From NCBI GenBank assembly GCA_001643675.2, contig LSRY02000066.1, positions 124,001-188,000 on the forward strand: 64,000 nt of DNA, given 5' to 3'. This DNA is from Monocercomonoides exilis PA203 (Eukaryota > Protista > Preaxostyla). Shown piece by piece: positions 38,901 to 49,800 of the stretch (its first letter is position 1; each line of letters opens with the position of its first letter). Below the pieces are notes generated by a model. That model searched no databases and had not been told where the DNA came from. It was given only the letters and a program-made list of their open reading frames with translations. The position numbers were made by a program, and so were the translations under genes.

Positions 38901-41900
38901 GCTGAGAGTGAGAGACACAACAATGATGAGGTGCAGCTGTTCGAATCAGGGGAGAGGAGGAGGGGTGTATATTGGAACAGATTTAGGAGGGAAGCTGGAC
39001 TTTGTGTTTGAGAGGATGGTGTTGAAGGGGAACACGGCTGGGGTGGGGAATGATATATATGTGCGGTGTGTGAACATCAGTCAGCAGATCAATGAGACTC
39101 AGTTCAGATTCTCTCTGAGAGAGAGCGATTACTCGAGAAGGAATGCGATCTTCGGATGCGACACGACAGACCATGTGCTGGACACGGATCTGATGGATTT
39201 CATCACGATATATGAGAGCGACATGATTGTGGTGTCTTTGTTGGAGGAAAAAAAAGGGAAGGATGCTCGACAGTGTGGAACAGCAAAATTGCCGTGTGTG
39301 AGTGTGGGATATGGAGTGCAGCATCTGACGAATGAGTTGATGAGTGTGATGCTTGTTGATGAGGTATCAGTGATAGAGGGAGAAGTGAATCTGAAGAACA
39401 TGACTCTTGAATCGCGATCAAAGAGCACAGCAAGAGTGGAGGTGGTGAATGGGATGGAGCAGACAAGGGAGTGTGTGATTGAGGTTACAGAGCATGTGGT
39501 TCTGTCATTGGTGAGATTTGAATATGGAGAAGAGATCTCGAATGGGTACTCTGCGTTTATATCTGTTGTGAATGACAGTGTGAGTGTGGAAAATTGTGTC
39601 TTTGGAGTGTTGGAAGCTTCGGCAATATTGTGTGTTGTTCCATTCTGCTTAATCCATATAACAACAGGAGAAGGATTCATCGGTGGATGCAGTATTTGTG
39701 GGCTGTCATTTTCTGAAGCAATATTTGAAATTGAGCACAGTTCATTCACAATTTCATCTTGCGATTTCACAGAAATGGAATGCAGGAATTATGTTGTGAG
39801 GCAATGCAAGGGGAATCTGGCTGTGAGGAACAGCTCGATATCGATAAAGGATGAAGAAGGAACTTGTGAGGCGGGAGTGAGTTGTTCATCAGTTTCGTCA
39901 GTTCAGATGGAGTCATGCAAGATTAGACGGAGATCCGTGGAGAATGAGAAGGGGAGTGTTGTGACTCTGGTGAAGTGTGGAAATGTGAAGATTGATTCGT
40001 GTTCATTTCTGGAAAGCACAACTGCAAGTGAAAAGGAGAATGGTTTCAAGGAAGATGCAGACATCTGCATGTGGAATGGCTCCATTGTCAGTGTTGATAA
40101 TTGTGAGGTGTTGATGAAGGATACAACAATTTCCAATTCATCAGAAGGTGGAATAACAATGAGTGGAGGAATTGCGAATATTGAGAAAGGAGAGTTTTTG
40201 AATAACAATCCATCAATTGAAGGATATACATCATTGAGAAGAAACATCATATGTTCGGATTGTGGAACATTGAATATTTTGAGTTTGAAAGGAGGAGATG
40301 GAGTTTTGCCAAACACATCACTCTGGATGTTGGATGATGGGTGCAGTTTTGAAGGGATTGCTTCAGAGAGATCGTCACCTTTGTTTATTCCTGTATTGGA
40401 GAGTGTGTCAAGTGAGGAAGATGAAGGAGAGATGAAGCTGACATTCACTGGGTCTCTGCTTCTGCCGTGCAACTTGTCATTTAAGATAACATCGAAAGTG
40501 GGAGATGTGGATGTGATTGACAGATACACGTTTTGTTCAGATGAGCATGGAAATGAGAGCAGTGCAGTTGGAAGGATTCCATCAAATGTGGTGAAATCAG
40601 CTGCAGAGGAAGCAGAGGTGTCAGCGTGCATCTTGCTTGGAAAGGCAGATTCTCCTTCGTCAACGCAATCTTTCATTCTTAAGAACAGAAGTGAGCCCAA
40701 GGCAAATAGAGATGAAAGGATTGTTGAAGGAAAAAACGAAGGAAAATCATGGGCTTTTATAATTGCAATTATATTTGTTGTTTTGTTTTTGATTGCACTT
40801 ATTGTTTCCATTGCTGTGACAATTAGATGGAAGAAGGCAAAGGATGAGAACAAAGACCTGAGAGAGATAGTGAATGATAACATCAGAAAGGATCCGAAGG
40901 CATTTGAGATGGTGACGATGGAAATGTCACCTGAGGCACAATGGAGAAGAGCTGAGAGAGAGGCAGAGAAGAAGAATGAGGAGAGGATGAAGAAGAGGAT
41001 GTATGATAAGACACTGGAACATTCAGAGTCATCAGAACATCTTCTATCTGAGAGTGGATCGACTGAATACATCCTGGGAAGAGACTCAGACAAGATCCCT
41101 CAATGGGTTCTGGAGAAGGTTGAAGAAGATGATATTTCAAGGAAGCGTACTCCTTCACCATCCATCTCATCCACCTCAACCACTTCAACGACTGATTCAG
41201 ATTCAACATTTGTTCGTGGAGAGGATCCGTGTCCAACCACCTCGTCGATGTCGAATCTTGTCGATGCAATTGCCTGTTCATCGCCTCACGAAAAATTGAT
41301 TGTGGACTTGAGGGATTCTTTGTTCATGTTGTTGCATGGGATGAATAAGACAAAGGAAATGGCGATTGGTACTCTGCAAGAGAGGGAGCAGACAGCATCC
41401 CAAATCCTGTTCTGGGTGGCTAATCTCGCACTCCATTCATTTGATGAGATGGAAAACCCGCTTCAATCGCTGGCCAATCTGAGTCCACTCATTGTCCTAT
41501 TCTCTGAACATATGGTTATTTGTGTTGCAATTCTCTCCGACTGCTCTTCTTCAGGTTCAGACACTTCTTCCATCTCTTCATCAACTGTTGTTACATCCTC
41601 AAGTGATGATGATAACCGAGATTCTCTGCCATCATCAGCGTTTGAAGATGAAGAGGATAACAGGAATGAGTGTTTGAGGTGGAAGGCACCAGAGCTGTTG
41701 AATGGCACAAAGAATAATGCGACGAAGAAAACGGTTGTGTTCTCGATTGGGATGATGTTGTGGGAGTGTCTGACACTCAAAGTTCCGTTTGGGGAGTATG
41801 AGGCGGAGGTGGCAGGACAGAAGATAGTGAATGGGGAAAGACCGTGTGGAGGGGAGAGTGAGGCAAGTGGGATGCATGAGATGGTGAAGGGATGCTGGAG

Positions 41901-42060
41901 GGCAGAACGTGGGGAAAGGGTGACATTGATGTGGGTGAAGCGGGAATTGTTTGGGCATTTCCCAGGAGAAGCAGCGGTGATGACGATGACGGATGCAGTG
42001 CTATATGAGGAGAGCAAAGATAACATCTCAAGCTGCGAGAGTCTTGTGGAATATTTTTAA
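29925..42060 (+). pseudogene. Giant intronless receptor-like gene (~4,040 codons when repaired): signal peptide, 8 beta-helix/Pmp-like modules, single TM, TKL-like pseudokinase C-lobe; disrupted by one frameshift and one stop
   Basis: Three listed ORFs (29925-33128, 32875-38517, 38518-42060) are one continuous gene. A 16-nt duplication at 32859-32890 shifts the frame by +1, and TAA 38515-38517 is in frame with the last ORF. Repeated GGG(I/V)Y, FxxNxA and CGxxxxPCxS motifs; TM WAFIIAIIFVVLFLIALIVSIAVTIRWKK; C-terminal RWKAPELL and VFSIGMMLWECLTLKVPF. Confidence 0.85.
32859..32906 (+). repeat. 16-nt tandem repeat GTGGAAGTGTGGAGCA x2 perfect plus 1 copy with one mismatch
   Basis: Units at 32859-32874, 32875-32890 and 32891-32906 (GTGGAAGTGGGGAGCA). 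Confidence 0.95.
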
Positions 42061-43053
42061 AGAAGCAGATGAGGAAATATCCAGAAAAGGAATTCAAAAC
42101 AAATTGTGAATCTGCTTCTGAAAGATTGAATATTTAAATGCAAAGCAGGTGGAAGAAAAAAAGACAATCATTATTCATTGCGGATCATAGACAGGACAAG
42201 AATGGATTGAAATATGCATTTGTGTTCATCGGGTAAAATTATTGAAAATTTTGTCTTTTTCTGTTTTATTTGTTGAAAATTTGAGGCAGTTAACTTCAAT
42301 AAAATGGTGATAGATTTTGAAAAGGAGCGTTGGATTCAATGAAGAGTTTGATGAAATTGCGAAATGATTGAATTTTCTTTTTCAAGTAATGTTAATATTT
42401 TTTTTAGTGAAAATACTTTTTCAATGAGAGAGTGTTGTGATTGATGGATGCAATAAACGATAAAAAAGAATATGTTTTAAGAGCTTTAGGCAAAAGGATC
42501 ATTTGAGTGAAATGTGGAGTATTTTGTTTTGTTGCACAAGCTTTTGTATGTATTCAAAATATCATTTGATTTCAAATATTTATCTCACAATTAAATATGT
42601 TTTTAAACTTCGTATTTTGTTATAAAGAAACTTTCTTGTTATTTTGTTTTTATAAATGTTTATGTTAATACATATATTTATTTATGCATTTATATATGTT
42701 TTTTCATTTCGATTGATTTTGTTATTTGCATTTGAATTAAATTATTTCCGAAATGATGTGGGACGAAATTTTTTTCTTTATGAATTTTGTTTCACTCCGT
42801 TTTCACTTTTATTTTTCCCAATTTTACTTATTTTTCGGAATATTCTGTATTTTTATGTCATATTTATTGTGATTTGATTTCAGAAAAAATTTGTAACAAA
42901 TCGTTGAATTTTTCAAAATTCAAAAAATTTGCCTCAAATACTTATTTATAAATTTTTATTCGCTTTTAATATTTCAAAAAAGACAAATAAGTGGAAATAA
43001 TATATATAATCAAAAATTGTAAAACAAAAAGTTATTTCTTTAATTATTCACAA

Positions 43054-44508
43054 TTAATATTTCTTTTTTGGAGGAGGAGGCGGAGGAGGAGGTGCTTGTC
43101 TAACTGTCGAAGTATTATCAGGCGATGCTGATGAAGGCAGGGAACTTCTGGTTGATTGAGATATGGATGCTGTGATTGGATGCTTTTGTGCTTCTGAAGT
43201 CTTCTGAAACTCAGAAGAAAAAGTGGATGACTCAGATGGAGTTGAAGATGAGGATGTAAATGTGGATGAATCAGCAGAGTCGATTGAATTTGTGGGTGTG
43301 GGTGTGGATGGAAATGAAGGTGACATGGAAATGCTGTATGTCTGAGGCGATGGAGCTGGTCGAGGCAGCAAATCGGGATTGGCAGACTAGAAATTGTATG
43401 AAATGATGATAACATTAAAAAAATTCGAATTAGTAGGATAGAGTATTAATAATATTAGTAATGACAAACTCTATTTTCTTCGAGAAGTCTCATGAGCTCA
43501 CCCATAAAAGGATCAGTCGGGTTTTTCATCGTTCTGTATCCCAGATTAATGGCATCAGTAAATAGCTGCGAAATCATATTCCAACATAAGCACACATAAA
43601 TCCATTTGAATTATATAAAGCAGAAAAATACGTCAAATTGTTGTGAAAGAAAAAAACATCGTTATTTGTGTTAATTATCTCGTTTTTGTAAATAGCACAT
43701 ACCTTTACGACATTCACTCCAGTGGATGCTGAACAGTAATACAACGGAAGTCCATGCTTTTTGGCGAATGCAAATTCCTTTGTTGTTGCAGAAGGATCAA
43801 CTTAAAGAAAATAAAAATTATGATTCTATGATTTTCAAAAGCTCAAGTTAAACCATCAATTTTATTTGCAACTACAACAGATGGAATATTTGGACTGTAT
43901 TTTTGGAGTTCATCCCACCATTTTTGCATGTTTGTGTAGGTAATTTTTCTTGTAACATCAAAACACTAAAACAAGTTTAAATCATCTCAAAACAAATTAT
44001 ATTGCAAACCAATATGCACGAATGTGCTCCATAATAATAGCTTTGATGCTAAAATCGCGAATTTTAGATTTAAAACATAAATTTCGTTTTTAATCATTTT
44101 AAATATTTAAATGTTGTATACTATTTCTTCAAAAATATCTTGACCAGCTGTATCCCAAAACTCCACTTTCACTTCTCCAACATCCTGCAAATGTGCAGTG
44201 TAAGGAAAAATTGTTAGGGCATAAGTTGAAAGTTGTTGCTTATGACTTTATCATAAAATATTTATAAAATTTCAATATGCAGAAGTATATTTGTTTCATG
44301 CATTTATAAATGTGCAAAAGTTAAATAACAGAATGTAAAATAATCAAAAAGATATAACAATTTGCTAATCATCATTAATTTCACACAATTTGTCAAGAAG
44401 AAATCTTTCCATCAATTTTGTCTTACCAACTGCGGAATCTCCAAGAATTATAACCTTTATTGCTGATCCACTAGCTGAAATATGTTCGTCATTACTCTCA
44501 TCCGACAT
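43054..44508 (-). CDS. RABL2: Rab-like GTPase RABL2 (ciliary/IFT-B entry GTPase); 7 exons; Ser/Pro-rich C-terminal extension
   Basis: Spliced: KVIILGDSAVGKTKLMERFLLDKFHKQQLSTYALT...FWDTAGQDIFEEIHQSYYYGAHSCILCFDVTRKITY...VVANKIDV...FAFAKKHGLPLYYCSASTGVNVVKLFTDAI. The LMERF and QQLSTYALT motifs are diagnostic, there is no prenylation Cys, and all six GT-AG introns keep frame. Confidence 0.93.
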
Positions 44509-44656
44509 AGGTTGCTGTAAGTTAAATAAACTCAAAAAGTTTATTGATCTTAACCTAAATAATATCACTTTTTCCATAATACTTTAATTAATTATTTGCG
44601 AAATGTTTTAATCCTAGTTTTGCGAAGCAAATGTATTTTATAATTGAAATATCACC
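44509..44656. promoter_or_regulatory. Putative bidirectional promoter (RABL2 / PH-domain gene)
   Basis: Divergent ATGs at 44508 (-) and 44657 (+) are separated by only 148 AT-rich nt. Confidence 0.5.
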
Positions 44657-46614
44657 ATGTCGGACCTCAATTCATTCCGTTTGATTATATCCTCTTTGCT
44701 TAAAAAATCAGAAAGACCAACAACGCACAAGAAAAAAACTCAACAACTTCGCTCAATCGTTTTTGAATTCACGGCTCATTTGAAACGTGTGCAAAATATT
44801 TATGCTTTTTAAAACTTACTGTTTAATGTTAATAGATCAGGATGTTGTTTCACGAAACTCGAATCATTTAAAAGCTGTTTTGTTACAAGATGATTGCATT
44901 TTTTCTCATTTCTGTCATCAAACCACATTCCAAAAACTCTACACACGCGAGCTCTCAAAAAGATTGTTTTCTGAAGCAAAACAAAGTACATTAACTCTTT
45001 TACATCACATTATCAATGGTTTGAGATAAATTTTTTTTTCAAGAGAAATAATGCTTTTGAAGAGAATATCAGGTTTGAAGAAAACGTTGCACATGCTACC
45101 AACCAATCTTCTTTTGCGGAACAACCTTCAAATTTACATGAAGAAGTTCAAACAGAATCAGACACGAACAATTTTAACAATGGAAATTCATCTGCTGATG
45201 AAATGGAATCGTGTCTAACACGTCCTCCACTTTGTGCAACTGACTTTTCTTGTTCTACGCCTCCACCGTCTCCAGAAAATGGAGTTAGTATTCCACGCTC
45301 ACCTTTCACATTTGATCAATCAACAACTGAAGCAGATGGGCAGATGAGTGAATCATCTTCATCTTCCTCGCCTGCTTCTGTATCAACGCCAGAATCTCCA
45401 AATTCCCCATCCTCATCTTCTTTGCCGTTGTCAACAGCATCTGCGTCAGATTCAGTGTCGGATACTTCTCGCACTTCCATTCAATCTCCTTGTTCTTCTT
45501 CACCTTGTTCTTCGTCTTCCTCTCCTCCTTTAACTATTTCATCAGCTGTTCCATCGGAATCTTCTTCTTCTTCTTCTTCTTTAGAATGTCCAGAATCTTC
45601 AGAATCATCGGAGTATTCATCGTCGTCGTCATCTTCTTCTCCTTCAATGACTAATTCTTCTCCATTAGTAGCAGAAAGGTCTTGTCTTTCTTCAGCCGAC
45701 AATGATTCTGCAAATAAGCAGACATTTTCAATGTGTTCGATTCCTTCGATTCAGACTGAGGTTGTTCAGCTGCTTTCTTCGACAAATTCAGAAGCAGAAA
45801 ACAGAAAAGAGCTGAAACGAATGATTGATGTCATCGATGCAGTGAGGCGCGAAGTGAAGCGGTTTGACTGAAAAAATGTTATTTTCTGAGACCTAATTGA
45901 TTTTTTGTTCAATGTTGTTGACGACTTTTCCATTTAATTGCATTTTTAGTGTGTGCAATGAAGTTCCTCTTCACGAAGGTTTATTGTATTTCAAACGTAT
46001 GCACTCAACATTTCAAAAAAATACCTTTATATTTTTATGATGTTTGTAAATTTGCATTTCATTCATATCATCATTTTGACACCCATTTTGATCAACGATT
46101 TTTAATTTTTTATTTTTATTTTATTTATTCGTGCGTTTTAATTTCTGACTACGTATTTTATTTTCAGGGCAATTCTTCAGAGAATTCCGTCCACGCTGGG
46201 CAATTTTGACCCAAACGCGTTTGATTTATTTCCCGCTTGATGAGGTTTGTATTTTAAGAAGATAATTTCAAAGTAATTTAAATTGTTACAATAATCTTCT
46301 TTAGATTATTTCTCCTACACTTGTTCGAGTAATTCCTTTGAGAGGAGGATCATTGCCTTTGCCATTACCAGAACAATGTGCTTCTCATTCCATTCCATTT
46401 GTGTTTTATCTTGCCACTCCAAATGCAATGCATTCTTCATATTTCATCCATGCTGTAAACGAAGACAGTTTCAAAACTTGGTACGCAATTCATTTTATGT
46501 TTTATAAAGATTTTTATAACATTTTCATCTGAAAAACTTTATTCATTTAAATTATTTTACTCTAGGGTAACTACAATTCAGGATACTTTGCACAACTACC
46601 CGATAGACAAATAA
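44657..46614 (+). CDS. Ser-rich protein with C-terminal PH domain; multi-exon
   Basis: The 3' exons splice in frame to ...EGQFFREFRPRWAILTQTRLIYFPLDE|IISPTLVRVIPLRGG...FVFYLATPNAMHSSYFIHAVNEDSFKTW|VTTIQDTL, giving PH beta2/beta3 strands and the C-terminal helix Trp. TAA at 46612-46614. The 5' exon junction near 44960-45060 is uncertain. Confidence 0.75.
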
Positions 46615-46823
46615 AATCTGAATAAAGACTTATAAACGCGAGTTTATGTTATCAACGGATCATTTTGTATTATTTTTGTAAATCTTTGCTTATTATTATA
46701 TTATCGTTTTAAAAATCAAAACATCAAATAAAAAAACCTCATTTAATGAAATATGTAAAGGGTAGATCACTATTTAAACTTGAAACCTTTTTCTTTCGTG
46801 GATAAAGTGCAGTTATCGAATAA

Positions 46824-49800
46824 ATGTCCGGGAAAGGAAGGCTATCCGCTGAATTATTTCAGTTAATCGGAGAATTGAATCGAGGTTCTCGTCCGATACG
46901 CCTTGAAGATGTAACTTCTCCTTATGTCCGTATTCAAAGAACGCTGAAAGAAATATTGGCGTATCTTAGGAGTGACACGAAAGATAGAGAAGTTTGGCAA
47001 GCGTTTGCAAATAGTAAAGCAATATCTATCAACCTCTTGCCTCTGTTTAAAGAATCAATGGAACTTTTTGAACAAGAAAAAAGGAAGGGAGAATTTTCAA
47101 ATGAAAAAAAACTTAATGCATTAAAATCTGTTCAACTAACAATTCTGAAAATTCTTGTATTTGCTACCATGCCCATCCACAGTGACCTGACATTGCAGAC
47201 TCACTCAACAAAGAATACTGATGAAGCTGCTTTAAAAGATGCATATGAACTTCCACTAAAATACGGGCAAACATTTTTTAAATTTGAAGAAGCTCTTTTT
47301 ACAGATTCATTATTTTTTATGACTCTTGTCCATTTGTATATGTCAATCATTCCTTCTGAAGAAGAAATTACAGAAATCTTTGCAGCAACGAAGCAAAATA
47401 GCAATGATGAAGTTCATATTATTCAAATTTCGTATGTTTCTAGAAAATATTTAACTTTGTAATCATTTAAATTTTGTTTTTTTATTGTTGCTCATTTTTC
47501 AAGTCAAGCTGATGCGCAAACGATGGAACTTATTCTGACATTAATTCGAAATATCATGTTTGTAAGTGGGCCTCGTAACGAAGGAATGATAAAAGTTATG
47601 GCTGCGAATGGGGTTTTTGACATGCTTGCATTCACAGCAGAAATATTTCCAATTTGTCCCGCACTGAATCCTTTAACAAAGTTTGTTTCGAAAGAGCCAT
47701 CAATGGTTGCTCAGCTTATCATTGAATGTTTCGCACTGCTGTTCCGCGATGTGCAGCCTGACGCGCTTTGGAGATCCAAAGTGAAAGCTCCAATTCAATT
47801 CAAGAAAACGGCAGAAATCGACCAAAAAATGTCATCTCAACAAATGCCTGCATCTTTATCTGCTCCTTCTTCTCCTCATATTTCTGCATCGTCCTCTTCT
47901 TCATTACCTCTTACGCCACCAAATTCTCCAATGCCCCCAGCTTTACCAAAGGAAGTCACACAAATCCAGCCCATTCGAACAGAAGCTGACAATATTTTGA
48001 GGCAATATCGGCTGAAACATGAGAATACTGCACCACTTCTGAGACATCATCGCATAGATGAGTCGTTTCCAAAGGGGAAAGGTGCAGAAGTTGTTGCTGC
48101 TCTGTACCAGTCATCGTCCCAAGCACGCAATCAAGTTTCAGCTGCTTCCGCCTCTGCATCTGCCTCTGCTTCCGCTTCCGCTTCTTCTTCTTCTTCGTTG
48201 GTTTCTGAAAGTTCATCGACAATGATACAATCAATTTTGAATAAGAAGGTTAATGGTGGAGAATCATTTCCTTCAACAGCAATTGCTCCACTCATTTCGC
48301 CTAATCAGCCCAGTTGCTATTTTCCTTCTTCTTCCAATCGCCTTTTATCATCTTCTGCATCTTCTTCATCCTCTCCACTTTTCACATCCACTCCCTCATA
48401 CATTTCACGAAGATATCCATCTGGTCTTCCATTCCTTTCTGAACCTCCACTTCAGCTATTCCGCTTCGAAGATCCCTTTTCCCATCCAGTCGCTCCTCAG
48501 CGCAATTTCAGTGTTAAATCAATTAAAGTTGATTCTCGCCCTCTTCCTGGCAAAAGTAGCTTGCTCAAGTTTGACACAACCACACTCTCTCTTCTGTTTG
48601 ATGTGGCACAGCTTTTGGTATCACGATCTACAGAGCTGGTGTCTGTGACTGTGCAAGAGATGATTCAGGGCTTTGGAAACGAGAAGCTGGAGATTGATGC
48701 TGTCTATTGGATGCGTGTGTTTGCAATGGCGCTGGGTACAGAGCGCATTCTGTATGACGATGCAATGCGGAAGTGGTGGACAGGATGGATGGAGATATCA
48801 TTTCTGATGGACGAGCAGGAGAAGAACGAGCAAAAGAAGAACAGAGAAAGCAGCAATGACTCGGCAGTCAAGCCCAATTCATTTGAATCAGCTCTGCTTT
48901 TCTCCTCTTCTCTTCCCAGTAAGTCACATACGTCTATTGTGCTTCCTCGAGTACCTGCTGGAACGCCTTTTCTTCCTGCTCTTTCCAGCAGCGTGACTCC
49001 TCTGCCAAATCTTCCGCCTTCACTTGCTCTGCGGCTGGTTGCTGCTGCTGATGCAGTTGCTTCTCAACTCAAAGGAATGGAGATGAGCGGTCCATATGGC
49101 TATCTACAGGCATTTTCAGAGAAAGAGAACAAAAATGAAAAAGAAATGCAGAGTTCATCTGAAATGGACAAAGAAAGTGAAGATGCGTTCAACATGCAAG
49201 AGAAGATAACACAGGGCATGATTGAAGGAGAAATCCCCAGTGATTTACATGAAAACGAAAAGCAGAATGCTGAGATGTATGCCTCTTCTTTGTCCTCTTC
49301 GGCAAGTGCATCTGCTTCAGGAGCTCATTGCTTATCAGACCCAATGGATTCGATCCAGTCAAGCCTTGTAATGGGCAATCCATCACCGTTTCCTTCTTTC
49401 CCGTCTGATTCGTCACAGCAATTAGAGCTAGATAATTTTATTGATTCGTCTTCGTCGCAAACGAAAATTCTTCCAATGTCATCTCTAAATAGCCAATCTT
49501 CTGATTTCTCTTCAACAGAGTTACTTTCTTTGCGTCCTCTTCCATTCTTCCTCCCTCTTTCTCCACCTCGTTACAACTCTTTCCTCTTCATTCCTCTTCT
49601 CCAACCTTCTGTTTTCCGCTTTCTTTTCACCCGTATCACAGACTGGATATCAACACCAGAGAAATACGTTGAACTGTCTTCGGGTGTGAGGTTACTGGTT
49701 GAGTTGTGTTGGTGTTTGCATCTGATTCTGCTGATGGAGAACACAGCTCAGATCAAAGCAGACATGATTGTGGAGGAGATGAAGAAGGAGGACGATAACA

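Noticed and set aside
35115-41093. Long antisense ORFs (294 aa at 35115-35999, 396 aa at 39903-41093) and many Phe/Ser/Leu-rich ORFs elsewhere
   Set aside because: They are shadows of biased sense-strand codon usage, with no independent motifs.
26525-42925. 16-nt inverted match TTTGAATTTTGAAAAA / TTTTTCAAAATTCAAA as termini of one giant element
   Set aside because: Low-complexity AT-rich sequence that does not extend, with no target-site duplication; likely chance.
7232-44508. Functional cluster of basal-body genes (NEK, Sfi1-like, RABL2) or DNA-metabolism genes (MutL, Timeless, OB-fold)
   Set aside because: The genes are interspersed with unrelated ones and these categories are common in flagellates; no evidence beyond chance.
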